Shown: piece after piece, positions 14,834-29,949 of the stretch
How positions within the stretch are numbered: the first letter of the stretch is position 1
How the letters are laid out: the number at the start of each line of letters is the position of its first letter
Assembly: GCA_015680685.1 (NCBI GenBank)
Contig: MNCI01002305.1
Span: forward strand, 1-64,000
Reading direction: 5' to 3'
DNA from: Gnetum montanum
Taxonomy: Eukaryota; Plantae; Gnetophyta
DNA length: 64,000 nt
Position numbers and translations under genes: made by a program
Notes under the pieces: generated by a model
What the model was told of the DNA's origin: nothing
The model's database searches: none
The model's input: only the letters and a program-made list of their open reading frames with translations

Positions 14834-15590
14834 NNNNNNNNNNNNNNNNNNNNNNNNNNNNNNNNNNNNNNNNNNNNNNNNNNNNNNNNNNNNNNNNNNN
14901 NNNNNNNNNNNNNNNNNNNNNNNNNNNNNNNNNNNNNNNNNNNNNNNNNNNNNNNNNNNNNNNNNNNNNNNNNNNNNNNNNNNNNNNNNNNNNNNNNNNN
15001 NNNNNNNNNNNNNNNNNNNNNNNNNNNNNNNNNNNNNNNNNNNNNNNNNNNNNNNNNNNNNNNNNNNNNNNNNNNNNNNNNNNNNNNNNNNNNNNNNNNN
15101 NNNNNNNNNNNNNNNNNNNNNNNNNNNNNNNNNNNNNNNNNNNNNNNNNNNNNNNNNNNNNNNNNNNNNNNNNNNNNNNNNNNNNNNNNNNNNNNNNNNN
15201 NNNNNNNNNNNNNNNNNNNNNNNNNNNNNNNNNNNNNNNNNNNNNNNNNNNNNNNNNNNNNNNNNNNNNNNNNNNNNNNNNNNNNNNNNNNNNNNNNNNN
15301 NNNNNNNNNNNNNNNNNNNNNNNNNNNNNNNNNNNNNNNNNNNNNNNNNNNNNNNNNNNNNNNNNNNNNNNNNNNNNNNNNNNNNNNNNNNNNNNNNNNN
15401 NNNNNNNNNNNNNNNNNNNNNNNNNNNNNNNNNNNNNNNNNNNNNNNNNNNNNNNNNNNNNNNNNNNNNNNNNNNNNNNNNNNNNNNNNNNNNNNNNNNN
15501 NNNNNNNNNNNNNNNNNNNNNNNNNNNNNNNNNNNNNNNNNNNNNNNNNNNNNNNNNNNNNNNNNNNNNNNNNNNNNNNNNNNNNNNNNN
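14834..15590. other. Assembly gap (757 N)
   Basis: Run of n. Confidence 1.
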
Positions 15591-18049
15591 TTGTAAGGTG
15601 TAGGATATGCTCACATTCTTCATAAGCTAATTGAATGATTGACTAGGAATCTAATAATGTTACACTTTCAGCTTCTCTCTCTTATCCATCTTACATTCTC
15701 CATTCGTTTCATTTTATTTCTTCTTCATTATGTTGAGTGAAATCAATTTGATCAACCAAATAAAAGGATGATATTTAGCCATCCAAGGGGATAAAATTAT
15801 GTTTTATGTTGGCATCTCACTAGTTATTTTGAATCCATGAGTATCCCACCAACAGGTTTCATAAGGGCAAGGAAGGTAGGTACCTAATGTGGGGAGGAAC
15901 CAGTTGCAAATCTTTGGTGGCTTGGCATTATAGGTGAGTGAGCTCAAGCTTAACTCCTAGGATGGTGCCAGTTTCATGGCATAAGGTACTTAATTGGTCT
16001 TCCATGTATGGGATTGTGACTCATTGGGACTAATGGTTTGATCAGAAATATCTTATTCCGCCTTCATGAGTCATACTTCATGATTTGGCATAACTTGGTT
16101 TATTTGATTGATGGTATTACATGTTGTATATCCTTTTGGTTTTTTGAATTTTTTATTCATTCCTTTTATTATTATTCTTATGTTCTTCAATACATGCATT
16201 TCGTTAGGATTGTCCAATGCTAGTATCTTGTAACTTAGTTATAGGGAAGAGATAATATTGGATATGTGTTTTATGATTATATCTTATTTTTGATACCTTT
16301 GTACATGTTTGGCATTATTATGTGAGTTTTTTCTTCATGTTTTCTTTGTAAATTATACTTTTATTTTCATGCATGATTTTTTAATGGTGGTTTAATGCCT
16401 AGATATTTCACATGATTTTTAGCATTTCTAAAAATTAACATATTTAGGTAGGTACAATCTTATGATCCATGAAGAAATCATTATTCATTTTTACTTAAAG
16501 AGGACTCACTCCATCCAGAGCCTAAGAGTTTCTCTTAAAAAGAAGATTAAGAGGTGAAAAGAATCATGTTCCTGAACTACAAGTAGAAAACATGCATAAT
16601 AATTAGTAATTGGGTATAAACCAAAAGATATATTGAATATCCTTGCATCAATCTTGAGACATATTTATCTTTACAAGAATTCTAGGGGATTCTTCTTATT
16701 AGCCATCATTCCTTGGTTCCTCTTCTTAATATGGAAATTTTGTAATACATCCTATGTCAAAGTATTTATATATTTTTATTTCTCCACAAAAATTTTCATG
16801 TGTCTACTCTCAATCCTTATGTCTTAAGTGTTAAAGCTATAGAACTAGCTTTATCTAGTCATGGAGAAATGATAAAGCATCCACTAGTAATTTGAATATT
16901 AAATTTGAGCCATGGATTTAGGAAAGTATTTCATGTGCTCTATTTTTGTAGTCTAGCATGTTTGGTAGTGGTTCTTGCTCTTCTAAGATGCATCCTTACC
17001 CCCTTTGTCATACTTTTAGATTATGTGCATAATTCCAAGTTCTTTAGGATGATTTTAGCTTCATTTAGATATTCTTTGGTCTTTGCAACATGCTCCATCA
17101 GGTTTGAAACAACATCCAAAAATCAAGTTACAAAGTGTAGTTTGGAGGATGAACTAACTACCTTGCATCAATGCAAGGGCATTGATGCATTATTTTCTAG
17201 GTTTAGTTTGCCTAGATTTTTCTTCTATATGATCAAGATGAGTTCAAATTATCTCAATAGGCCTTCATTGACATCTAGGAACTAATGAACTTCTTTTGTT
17301 CTTATGTGAAAACTATAAATAACTAGGATGATGTCATTTATATATCATTTATAACTTAGACATTTCTTGGAGCTTTTGTTATTTTTTTTGTTTGAAGAGA
17401 TCTTTTTTCCTTAAGTAAGTTTATTTTTTTCTTATTTATTTATGTAGTTTGAGTCATCACTTTCACAAGTACAACTAGACTCTATTCGAGTATTACCTTG
17501 CTTATGTAGCTAAGAACCATTTGGTTGATGCCACATGGTGAATAAAGCTCATGGTTTTCCCTTTTTCCACCATTTATGTCTTAAATATTAAAAATGATAG
17601 AAATAATTATTTAATTTTCATGTGATTTATCTACAATGATTCATTCCTTATCTAAGGAAGTCATAACTATATGATATGTGTTGGGCCATGGAAGTTATGA
17701 CTAAATTTTTTTTTTTTTATATTTCATGTGTAGTGTTGCACATGTTCACAAGAGGGATTGTGACATGATCATTACATCTATTCCTCAAGAGAGATTATGA
17801 TTGATGAGCAACAAGCAGTCCCTCCACTCAACCATAGGAATCACAACTATTCATTAGTGATTCAGTTGAATTTCATGGACTTGGATATACAAAGATAGTA
17901 TCATGAGAATTATGATAGTTATCTTCTTGGATTTCACTTATGTAAGATCATTTTTATGGTTAAGTGTAAGCCAAGAAACAAGATATTTATTTATATTTTT
18001 ATTTATTTAATATATATATGAAAGTAAAGATAATTAACTGGGAATTAAC

Positions 18050-18750
18050 TACTTAACTATCTAATGCTTCTTAAGCTAACTAGCCTAACATAAGCATTTG
18101 GGCCCACTTTTTGTATGCATCGTAAACTTGTTCTAATGCTATTGAGTTACCAAGTTCCTATCATTGGATGTACCAAATAGGCATTGCTAGGTTTACTAAG
18201 CATTAAATGGTATGTTCAAAGTGGTCGTACTTATGTGTTTCTTATTAATTGTATTAATTAACTAAGGATAAGGATGTAAAGTGCATAAAAATAAACATTA
18301 ATATATTTTAAGTGCTACAAGTAGTTCCAAAAATTCTATCTTTATTATTACCACATCAATTTATCCAAGTACAATGATGTTCGAATAAGGATTCATATAA
18401 TTCCTTGAAGTCCTACTATGAGTACTTAGAAAATATACTAACTTTGATGAATGAATACTGTAGCAACTTGAATAAACTAATGACATGATGTGTCATAAAT
18501 GTAGTGAATACATGCATTTATATAGTCATGACATGATACTACATCAATGCATTAAACCATGTGTCAACGTGTCTACATTGATAGGGCTACATTGATGCAT
18601 GCTTGTCAACATAGCTAGTCGAATGATTTATCATACCCCCACGACTAGGTGAAAACTTCTTCTCAAGTGAAAAAAAAGTAGAATCAAGCTTCTTAAAAAA
18701 TTGGGAAAGTATGGGATTATTCATTGACTGGCTTTAACTAACTAGCTCTA
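18050..18750 (-). repeat. Probable 3' LTR segment of the minus-strand Athila-like element at 18.8-25.3 kb
   Basis: Similar to the LTR at 11.5-12.1 kb, including the GCATCAAC/GCATTGAT repeat block and TATA. Boundaries approximate. Confidence 0.5.
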
Positions 18751-18829
18751 AGTGTCAAATTATACAAAATTACAAAAATGGATATCCTTGAATAAAACAT
18801 TTGACACCCTTACAAAAATGGCAACAAAA

Positions 18830-21730
18830 ACCCTTTGGTTGTGGAAGATGAGGAGAATATTAGATAGTTCTAGAAGGTGGATGCTCCTCAAATGTTGAAG
18901 GACCTTTGGAAGACTCCAACACTCATGGAAATGGCAATGGCTTAGGATGAGGTTGTCCTACTATGGCTACTACTTTTGGTGCAAGATAACAAGCATCCAA
19001 CAATGCTTTAATCTTCTCCTTCTTACTCCATGAGTTTCACATAGTCCATACATCTTTGCTAATGTGGGCTAGTATAGGGACATTCCACGGACAAGGCATT
19101 GTTTGGAAAAAATCCTTAACATTAATGAACCACGTTGCAAATTATTTCTATCTAACGTTAAATGTGTTTAGTAAGTTCTATAAATCATGGTAATCATTCA
19201 CTTTTTTGGCTAAGTTCTTAGCAACTGCTCATTAATCTATGAAACTTTAAGCTTTACATTGGTTATTTCTAACTTTTTCTTGGTCTCTTTGTGATGCTTG
19301 AACTTGACCTCATAAAAGAGGTACAAGCTAGCCACCTACTTCTCAAGCTCCATCTTTGGCCTTCTTATTGTTAGCATCACCAAGTTTGCATATCAAAAGT
19401 TGAAGAGCTTCATGTAATCCATCATCTCCTCTATTTGCAACTCCTTTAGGTGGATTTATAATTTTTTATAGGCATTCAAGCCATTAAAGATTAGCTTCCA
19501 TACATCATCTCTTTGTTGGAGTTTCTAGAGGGTCTCTTTCATCTTCATCTTGGCTAGTTGGATTTACTTCTTGTTCACTTCTTTGAGTATCCCCACATGG
19601 TCCCTATAATGATTTTTCACCTTCTCAAACTTCAAGGCCTCATCTTTTGAGGTGGCTACCTTGATGACCATATTTTGGCAAAGCATCTGGACTTTCTCCA
19701 TAAAGAGACTATGATTCTTAGCTACTAACCTTCTCAAATTCAAGTTCACCTTAACCAACGGCTCCTACTATTATCTCAAAAATTTGACCATTTGATATTT
19801 TTTCTCCTCAACATTTCATAGGTGATGAATGTCCTTCGTGAGGACCAAGTTTTTTTTAAGAGACTTATGCTAACTCCTTATCACTATTGATGGAAAGAGC
19901 TTCTGATAAGGAGGCATTGAAGACCATCATCTCCATCGCATTTTCAGCCTCCTTGAGTTTGTACTAAAGTTATAGGAAAGCTTCATCTCTTGTGATTGTT
20001 TTGTTGAGAAATGGTAGGGTTAGCAAGACAGGCTCTTAATTCTAAAATATTAGTAGCCAACCAATGACTTTTAGTAGTGGCTACCTCTAGTTGGACATTG
20101 GCAATGATGAGCTTACCCTTCATCTCAAGAAACTTTGATTAGGTAGTAATAATTTCTCATAGAAGATCAAAGATCTCTAAAAGTCATTGCGTAGTTCCCA
20201 GCAGTTGATCCAACACCTTCTTAAGTTGGGCTACACTTAATCTCTTTCTTCTCATCCTATAGAAGCATGTACATCTTTAAGGGTAGCTATGTCAAACATG
20301 GCTACTACAAGAGTATTCAATCCTTTAACCACCTGATCTATCACCACTTACACCACTATTTATTTTTCATGATTTTGCATCACCAAGATAGTAGCTTCCT
20401 TACCTTCCTCCAAGTGCATTGAAAAAGTTGCAAAATTCCTAGAAATTTCTGAAAACTCTTCCTATCCAAGGATGGAAATCATAAATTCTTGAGTGCTTGG
20501 ATTTGTTCCTATGGGTGCCTACATGTGTTGGGTAGAAAACAATGAGATGGTCTTCTCCAACTATCTAATTGTCCTAGTAACTTCATTGTGGTAACTCAAC
20601 ACTGGTTGGTAGACCGATGACATCCCATCACTTGCCTCTCCTTGCTGATGCTACAATAATTGTTCATGAAGTTTTCTCATGTGCATAAAAATTGTGCAAG
20701 CCTCTAGTGTAGTCTCATTAGTAGGTGGTTGTGGTGGTCACTCCTTCTGTAGAAGATTGATAGCTATCTTATCCTTCATCATCTTCTATCAGGATGTGGA
20801 AGAAGCATGATGGAGTGTGTCATTGACATAATGGTCTATGCCTCCCTTTCTCCAAATTTTGTAGATTAGGTATGTGAAGGAAAGTCTCTTCCTTCCAACT
20901 CGAATGCCCTTGCATGCCCTCATATCTAGAAGTCCATAGGCACCAAGGATGATTAATGGCCATGGATTGTTAAAAATTGAATCATGCAAGCATTCACCAA
21001 AGAATTAAGACATACCAAAATAGACACATTGATTAATCATGATAAACTGAAATGATGTGGTAGATGGGAAGAATTAATGATAAGAGGGAGGATCATAATG
21101 AAGTCCTGCATCCTGGTCACATGAAGTCCTTTATGAATTTGCATGATTAATATTACTTGATACTATTCCATCCTTCACAAGAATTAAGGCCATCCACTTC
21201 CAGTGACTTTTCATTGGTACATTAAGATCATTCAACCCCATAGAACTCATGAACACCCTCAAAGATTATCCATCATTCTAGATATAGAAGAAAAGAGAAG
21301 CAGAAATTTAAGAGGGCCTTAGTTAGAGGGGTGCCTTCAGGCTTGGGTAAAATGTCCTTCCAACCCCATAACCAATTCTTTTAGCCCATCATTTCATCTT
21401 AAGGGATGTGCTTTAAATTTCCATGTTTTATTTTCATGGAAACCACACCATGGAAATACATTGCTTCCTATTATTGGTCGATGTTGGGAGTAATGAGGAA
21501 TCAATGAGATTACTCGTAAAAATATAGATAGTAGGTAGGTACAAAAGGTGACAAGTCCCATTGAAATAACACCCTTTTCAAATCCATTTGATTTATTCCA
21601 AGTCCAAAAAATACCAAGGTCATGGGTTCTTTATAAGTTTTTATTAAGAAAGGACCACATGCTTCCAAAATAAGAGGACACCTGGAGTTGAGTGAAATGG
21701 ATGGATGATGTCACCTCATTTCTTGATATC
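18830..21730 (-). pseudogene. Degenerate extra ORF downstream of integrase (Athila env-like position) with coiled-coil C-terminal half
   Basis: Same strand as pol. Surviving pieces HDSIFNNPWPLIILGAYGLLD.. (20789-20989) and K/E/L-rich VKVNLNLRRLVAKNHSL..KDEALKFEKVK (19564-19758). Confidence 0.55.
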
Positions 21731-22099
21731 ATGAAAAAAAATGTCCTATTAATCAATGTTAGAATTCAAAAATGAAATTAAATCATTAAGCTATCAACTT
21801 AATCAAGATAATTCAATGAACCACCATCAATAAACAACTATATTTGGCCCCAAAGTCTTGATGGAAATAAAGAAGAAAAATACAGATAAGAAAATTAAAA
21901 TAAGATAAAATATAAAATAAATCATAAAATATCCAAGAAAATGGAAAGTGTATAAAGAATAATGTAAAATACAAAGAGTTAAAAAACTAAGGAGCCACTA
22001 CAAAATATTAGCATGGATGACCATCTCCTGCACAATTGAGTTTGAAGGAAGAGATCTGAAAGATTGAGCATGCTTGATCATAAGTTGAGGTACTATTAC

Positions 22100-25000
22100 T
22101 ACTAGATATCCTTGTCTCTAGTAAATATTTAATTTATTGCATGTTAACTAATAATATTTGTTTTTGGCTAGCAAAATGGTAGATAATCGTGGACCCAGAT
22201 GAAAAAGTTTCATGTATAATGTAAGAATACTTATATAGCATTTAAAATTATTTACATTGATTTACATGCATGGGATTCTAGTAGAGCATCTTGTCTCCTA
22301 GTTTAAATTTTACTTTTCTTATTCTAAGATCATGACATTGCTTACAGTGTGCCTTGTACAATTCATTCAATGATACTGCTACTAATCAATTTTCATCTAG
22401 CATGTTGAAGTTCATCAATCTTTCTCTTTGGGCTAGACTTAGATCCAAGTCAAGGTCACAAGCTGTTGAAAGTATATGGAGCTCAATTTGGATGGGAAGA
22501 GTTGAGAGTTTCCCATAAACTAACTCATAGGTAAAATACCCAATAGGAAGTTTCCATGTTGAACAATAAGCCCAAAGAGCATTGTTGAGTTTACTGCTCC
22601 AATCCTAACTATGTGTGTTAGTATTTTTGTGATTTTCCTATTCATGACCTACACTCAACCATTTTCTTGGAGGTGATATGGAGTTTTTAGTTTATGTTTA
22701 GCCCCTAATAATTGCATGAATTTTCAAAAAGTGGCACCCATAAAATATTTTCCATTATCTAAAATTAGTGTCACTGGTACACAAAACCTATTTATAATAT
22801 TTTATTGTATAAACCATACTACCATGGAAGACGAACAATTGGAAACAACAAATTTAGCTGACTTGGTACAATAGTTAATTGCCACAATGATATATGCCTT
22901 TCTCTTTGACATAGGGTTGATGGTCCCCATGAAGTCAATCCTATAAAGATTAAAAGGCTTCAGTGGTTCAATCCACTATTGGGGTTCTTTCATTTGCATG
23001 ATTATTCCTCCATCGTCTTGGCACCTATTATAGGAATGGAAGAAGTGATGGACATCCCCAAAGATTATTAACCAATAATACCTTACTATGACGATCTTAA
23101 TTGTCATCCTCCTCCCAACATAGTGGCCCCCACAAAGGCCTTCATGCACATCTTGGAGGAATAGAAGCTGATCTACATTGGGAACACACAATCATACCAA
23201 GCCATCTATGCAACTATTATAAAGGTTACATTTTATTTTCATGAAGTTCTTGGCCTAATAAAGAAATTATTGTTTCTTCTTATTATCCCAATCCTATGGC
23301 ATCTCCCATGTGAGTAGATAGGAGAGGATGTGATCATACTAGCTTGTTTCTTTGGGACTTTGAACATCAACAGCACCAGCAAAGAGGATTTTATTAGAAA
23401 AATAATTAGATAGTGGTTCCTCATGCTATTTGATATCCCATCTCAACTAAGACAAGTGGTTAGAAACCATATTTTCAGTTTCCATTTTGTTCAATCATTG
23501 TGAGATCAAGCTCTTAAAGGATCACCATCCACTATTTGACACATGGACTCATCGTTGGTTTCTTCATTAGGAACTAGATAACATAGTGGTTGGTGTGCAC
23601 AAAAAAATAATATCCAGGCACATTATCCCTAAATTTCTCTAAGGCATACATCACTATCATGATCTCCTTTTTAGTGATTATGTGTCTTAATTATGCATCC
23701 ATAATGCCTCTACTTGTGTAGTGGATGTAATATGGATGTTTCTAATTATTCAACTATGTAAGCATGGCTTCCAAAGCATAATTCGATGCATTATTCATGA
23801 TGTTAAATGGATTGGAATAGTTTAGTACTCGTATCATTAGAGTTTTTATGAGTTTCTACTTTAATTTTTGGAATGCATTCTCACATTCCTTGATCTAGAT
23901 ATATAGTGCATTTTTTTTATAAGTTTCACCAAAAGTTTGGTAATCTTTGACAAGTTTTTAATGAATCACCTATAGTAACCAGTATGACCAAGAAATGACT
24001 TTACATCTTATATTATTTCTATTTACCTGGTTATTTCTTGGATGATCCATACTTTCTCCGAGCCTACCTTCATTTCTTTACTTGAAATCGTATGCCCCAA
24101 GATAATTCCCTCTTGGATCATCTGGTGGCTCTTCTACCAGTTGAGCCTAACATTTTTCTCCACATATCATTAAAGAACTTTCTCAATGTGTTCCAAGGCT
24201 TACTTAAAGGTATCGCTATAGCTAGAGAAGTCATTCATGAAAAAATTTAGCCTACTATTGATCTTTTGTTAAAAGATGCTTAGAACCAACCATTGAAATG
24301 TGGTGGGAGCATTACACAAACCAAAGGGCATCTTCATGTATGCAAAAGTTCCCAAGGACTCATGAATGTAATCTTTTCCTAGTGTTTTGGTACTATCAAT
24401 ATTTAGTTATAACCACTATAAGCATCCAAAAAGTTGTAGTAACAATGCCCCACAATGATGTCCAATACCTGGTCTACAAGTGGCAATGGAAAATGGTCTT
24501 TGTAACTTACCATATTCAACAATCAAATTTCTATATAGAATCCTTTTTTTTCTTCCTTCTTTGGTATAATAGCAAGTGGGATAACCCACTCAATACCCAC
24601 AATTAGGTAGATGAACCTTGCTTTGAGGCATTGTTCAATATCCTCCTTGATGATTTGCTTGCATTTTCGATTCAATCATCTTTGTGGTTATCTTTTTGGT
24701 TTGATGGAGAATTCTATGTAGATTTTGTACTAGAATATTCAGGGATTGAAGGTTTTTTGTCATTTATTCACAACTTCCAACAATTTCCTTTTCTATTCTA
24801 GAGCAAGTGTGGCATTTATAATTACTTGCTTATCATTGTTAATAAATGCATATTTCATTCCTACCATTAGATCCTTTAACTCAAGGGGCTCTTGATTGAA
24901 AGTATCAAGGATCTCCAACTCTTCTTAATCAATATCAATTTGTGAATTAGAGAGTTTGTGATGGAGCTACTCCAATTTATCCATGATTTCAACATAAGAG

Positions 25001-25290
25001 GTAGTAAGGCTCTTAGATGATTCTATGCAAATTGTTGATCTAGCTTCATCATTTCTTATCAGCCATTGGGTACCCTTCTATTTAATGGCTATGACATATT
25101 TGCACCATTAAATTTTTGTACTTTCTACATAGTGATTCCATGCCTAAAGTGATGTGCCTTTGATGATCCACAATCTTTGCATGCAATGGCACCCTATGTG
25201 ACTATACATGATACATGGAACTCTCTTTTTCTCATTTTTCCAAATTCATTCTCCTTGGAAATCTTTAAGAAAAGATCTTGAATCCCCATC
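22100..25290 (-). pseudogene. Degenerate Athila-like pol (PR remnant, RT, RH, INT)
   Basis: LQDVHEGLCGGHYVGRRMTIKI..YYWLIIF (ORF 22976-23191), IDFMGTI (~22925-22943), DHFPLPLVDQVLD (RT, ~24460-24500), FFMNDFS (~24230) and RH ASNYALE. Colinear with 6450-8330. gag is deleted and the pol joins an LTR-like piece at 25315-25435. Confidence 0.8.
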
Positions 25291-26139
25291 CTTTCATATT
25301 TATACATGGTGGGACACACATATTTATAGGAAAAAATAGACACTATGTCGATGGTTACGCATCAACGTATCATTGCATGCATCAATGGGATCACGTTGAT
25401 GAGTACACATTGATATAGCTACGTTGATGTAGCTGCTGTTACATCACTACCTCACCTCTATAGGTACTCACTAGTATGATTTGACATCTATGAAATCATG
25501 TGTGAAGGGAGAAGCATTAGTAGTAAACCTTTGGTACTATTTTACATTATTTGTTGATGTCTTTCATAAATATATTCTAAACTTCAACAAAGAGGGGCCA
25601 ATGGAACACCTAAAAGAAATTTGATTATAATAGCAAAACTTGATAACCACATTTAGTCAAAAATGTGAAGCTTGAGCCCCTCTCATGTAACATCTACAAC
25701 TATCAAAATAATTAATAAAACATATGATAATAAACCACTATCCTAAACTACTAATTTATGCTGGCTAGTGTAATTTCCCATATAATTTTGATTTATGCTA
25801 GCCAGCATAATTCATAGCATATTTTATGATTTACCCTAAAAGGGATTATCAAAGTAACCCTAAAATTCTGCAAAATGAAACTTAATGGATAAAGACTTAT
25901 GCTACCTTTTTAAAAGCTCTACTTTAACATTTAAAATATAGTCTCAAAATTGATTCCAAACTATAAAGAAAAAATTACTATCCCTAAGATCCATATCATA
26001 CTACATTTTTAATATATGTTCAACATTAGCTTGATTTAAATGAAAATAAACATACATGCAAAATTAATTCAAAAATTTACAAATCAAAACAAATGAACCT
26101 TGGATCATGAGGTTAGTGGTTAAGTCATATTCCAACCTA

Positions 26140-26150
26140 CTCTGATACCA
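26140..26150 (-). promoter_or_regulatory. tRNA-iMet primer-binding site of an LTR-element fragment
   Basis: Minus strand TGGTATCAGAG, 2 nt after a CA (26154-26153). No associated coding region recognisable. Confidence 0.6.
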
Positions 26151-26409
26151 TTTGATGGTTACAAGAAAATCACAAGTGCATCAATAAGAAGCAAAGTAAT
26201 GGACACAAAAACATTAAATCTAAAACAACAACAAAATTTGCAAGTATATCATGTTAGTTGGAGCCAAAAAAGTAGAACTTGAAAACCAAATCCCTTTTTT
26301 TCATTCTTTGATATAAATTTATCTAGGTAGTAATACTTAACTTAGGCATTAAACACATTTTTTATTTAAGACTACATCTCATAATTTATGGATATTGACT
26401 GAACCATAA

Positions 26410-29400
26410 TGTAATACCTTAAATTTTTAGATACCTAGTATGTATATCTTGCTTGGTGCATTGGTGTGTTATGCATGTTAGTAGTTTAACATATTTTATG
26501 ATTATATACTTGATATTTCATGTTAATGGGATTTAGGATGTATGTATGAATTAGTTCTATTATATATATTTTTGATATATATATATTTCTTATTTAAATG
26601 TTGTACACTAATCCTATTGTTGAGTGTGGTAGGACTTCATGAGAGGTTTGGTTGGGAGCATGGCATGGTTGATGACCTATGGTTTACTTGACATTCTTTA
26701 GTAAATATTTTATGATTTTTTTTAATATCCTATGGTTATAGTTAATTGACTCATATTTAATTTAATTATTTTAATTCTATTTCATGATATTTGTTAGGAT
26801 GGTTTAGGATAGTGGTTTATTATCATATGTTTTGTTAATTATTTTGATATTTGTAGATGTTACATGAAAGAAGAGGAAGTTATATGTGTGATAAGAGAGA
26901 TCAATGGAAGTATTATTTTAGTTCAACTATTATTTTTGGTAACTAGCCAATTTTTCTTTTTTCATAATTTTTGGTAACATTTCATTAAAATTTCCATGAT
27001 TCTTTTGTGCCACATAGCTTGAAGATTCTAGTAAATATAATGAAGAGGTATGGTTGAAGATTGAAGCTTTTGGAAATGTTGGTGGATTTCAAATTAGTTA
27101 TAATTTTGATTAGTTCTTTGTTATGTTTCATTCTTCTTGTGTGGATTTCTTCATGCAATTTTAGAGGTGAGTAATGTTGGTCCATTTTCGATATAAATTA
27201 ACAAGGTTATATAAATTTGTGAGATAAGTTCTATTGATATTAAATTTTGTATTATTGTGCTATTATTGGAAATGTGGATTTTATTTTAAACATCTCAAAA
27301 TGTTGATCTTATAGTTTATCTTGTAATTCATGGTTGTTAGTAATACTCTTTTGATTAATTTTGGTCATGGGTTTTCTACAATTACCAACAATTTTGTGGA
27401 CTGGATTTTGTTGTTTGTATGGTCAATATTAATTATGATTGTATAATTAAAGTTACTGTAATTCTTGTCATGTATGATTTGATTTGGAAAAAAATCATGA
27501 ATTCATCTCATTTTGGTGAGTAGGTTGGAATCTTATGATACTCATACGTTATTTTATACCTTACATTTATCTATTCCTTCGTTGTTAATTGTGAGATCTT
27601 CTTAATGTGATAACTGCTGTCCTTTTTCCTTCATGATGATATTGATTGAATTCTATTTTTTTTATCCTTATATCCTCTTGATTGTAACAAAATCATCTCC
27701 TTGTTATGCCTAAACTTAGCTATCATTGTGCCAACTTAATTATCATGTTATTGGTATTATTGTTGATTACCCTAGTTCTCCACTTGTTCTTGTTTCTAGA
27801 TTGTTGGATTCATGATATTTCTTTTCTTACTATTTCCTTTACTTTTCTCATTGTTTTAATTTTGTTTCAATTGGTTTTATCATTTTTCCAACTTGGACTA
27901 AATGTCCCTGGTCTCAAAGGGATGTATTCCTTGTAAACGAGGACTCCCAAACAAAAATATTTACCATAGTCGAGATGTTTCCTTTCCAATGTAGACACCT
28001 TTCCTAGCCTATAGACATCTCTCTATGATTGTCTTCCACTTGGCAAGACCTCTTCCTTCTCCTATAGATGCCTCTTCCACTTTATATATATCTCCTCCTA
28101 GACATCTTCTATTCTCATAAATGCCTTCCCTACAAGCCTAGCACTAGAATAACTTGTTACTTGTGAAGTTTTTTCTTTTGTATAAGTCCAATTTTTCATT
28201 TTCTTGGCTTCAAAACTCCTTAAAATCTTCTTAAAGTCTCTTATCTTTGTTTAAAATCATTTGTATTTGATTTTTGATTCTCAAATATTAGTCACTCTTC
28301 TTGCATAAGTGTGTATTTCTTAGTTTGAACATTGGGTACTTGTGGAATCTTGTATTGGTTATCTCAATCCTCATGATGCTATAACTCTATTTGATTCATG
28401 AGAACTTGGTGATGATGATATATCCATATTGGTTTGACATTTGAGTTGGATCCCTTGGATAGTTGGATTCCTTTGGTTTGTATGTTACCCTCTACCATTA
28501 ATTTCAATTATCATGTTTATATGTTTGTTGGATAATTAGATGTTAGAGCTAGCACCTAGTTTATATGGTCAATTGGAGCTATTCTTTGTAAAGATATTTT
28601 TTCATTTGACCCACATTGCTATGCACCAATGTGACTTTTTTTTATAGTTTCATCCTACATGAGAGGATGATTTTATGGTTCATTAGTCTTCTTTTGTTTG
28701 ATGCCTTTAAAACATTAAAAGTGAGTCTTGGCAAGGCCTCTAAAATAGGTATATGTTTTGGTACAACTAAATAAGTCTTGGTAGACACTTGTTGTTTTGA
28801 GACTAATAATATATCCATGTACATGGTAAATTTTGTATTTTATTTGGAATTTGATATTTGAAATTGAATGAGTATACATTACAATAATTGATATACATGT
28901 GACACCAAGCGTAGTGCATGCTAGCCTCGTTTCTTGTGACAATTGAAGTTGGTAAATCTTAATATTAGTAATTTTTAATGATTGGATGTTCGACTATATA
29001 TTTGTATTCTTGTTTGGATGTTCTTGAGCTAATATGTTTTGTAGGATATCCATGCTCATCCTAGCTCCTATAATATCTATCCCTTCTTCAATTGGAAATG
29101 CTACTAAGGTTTCTCATTCAATTTTTACTAATAATTTCATTTTCATTCTAGGTTGATTAGAGTGGATGAATATTAAAGATCTTGGATGGTTTACTAAGTT
29201 ATTTTTAGAGTGCCTTGCTGATTTTATATATTTACATTTGAGCTTTGACTATATATATACCTTAGAAATTTTAGTAGTATATGAATTATACCTTTATTAT
29301 GTTAATTATATACTCATGAAAATTTAGATTTGTAATTTATTTATCTCTCTTTTTCATTACATATTTTTAGTAAATGATTTATATTATTCTCTTTACAATT

Positions 29401-29623
29401 AGATTTAGTTTCTAGCATCTATATTTATCTTAATTGTTATAATTGTGTATTCCTTTCCTTCCACTTCTTAGCTTCATTCCTTTCCTTGGGTTATGACTTC
29501 ATTCTAGGTTCCTTTTATTGCATAGATTGTTTATTATCTTTCATTGCCATGGTTAATCATTTGTTAAGGTTTTTACTCAAGATAATGCTCTCCAATCTAA
29601 GGTTTAGCAAAAAGGTTGTTACA
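26410..29623 (+). repeat. Probable 5' LTR (~3.2 kb) of a Tekay/chromovirus-like element
   Basis: Starts TGTAATACC and ends GGTTGTTACA (terminal inverted repeat). Followed by a decayed Met-PBS-like ..TGTTAGAGC and then gag. Confidence 0.6.
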
Positions 29624-29949
29624 AGCCAATGTTAGAGCATAGGCTTTTCTAATTTTTTCATTGTGTTATAATGTCCAAAATTGTAGGTGCTAGAAGTAGA
29701 TGTGATTATGCTATAAGGATGGATGTTAGGCCTAGCAATCCAACATAGACACCTAACCCTATTCTTGATAAAATAGGGATCTATTGAAAAATTTCTAAGA
29801 AACACTTATCACTCTAGTTCCTACTCCTATGTAAGATGAGAAGATCAACCAAAAAATATCAATCATTATCTATTTTAGTTCCTTTATCAACAAGAACTCT
29901 ACTTCACCATTGACATAGGATGCTTTGGTAGTGATGGTAGTGGTAGATG

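Noticed and set aside
14676-15623. 315-aa ORF in the track
   Set aside because: Artifact of the N run.
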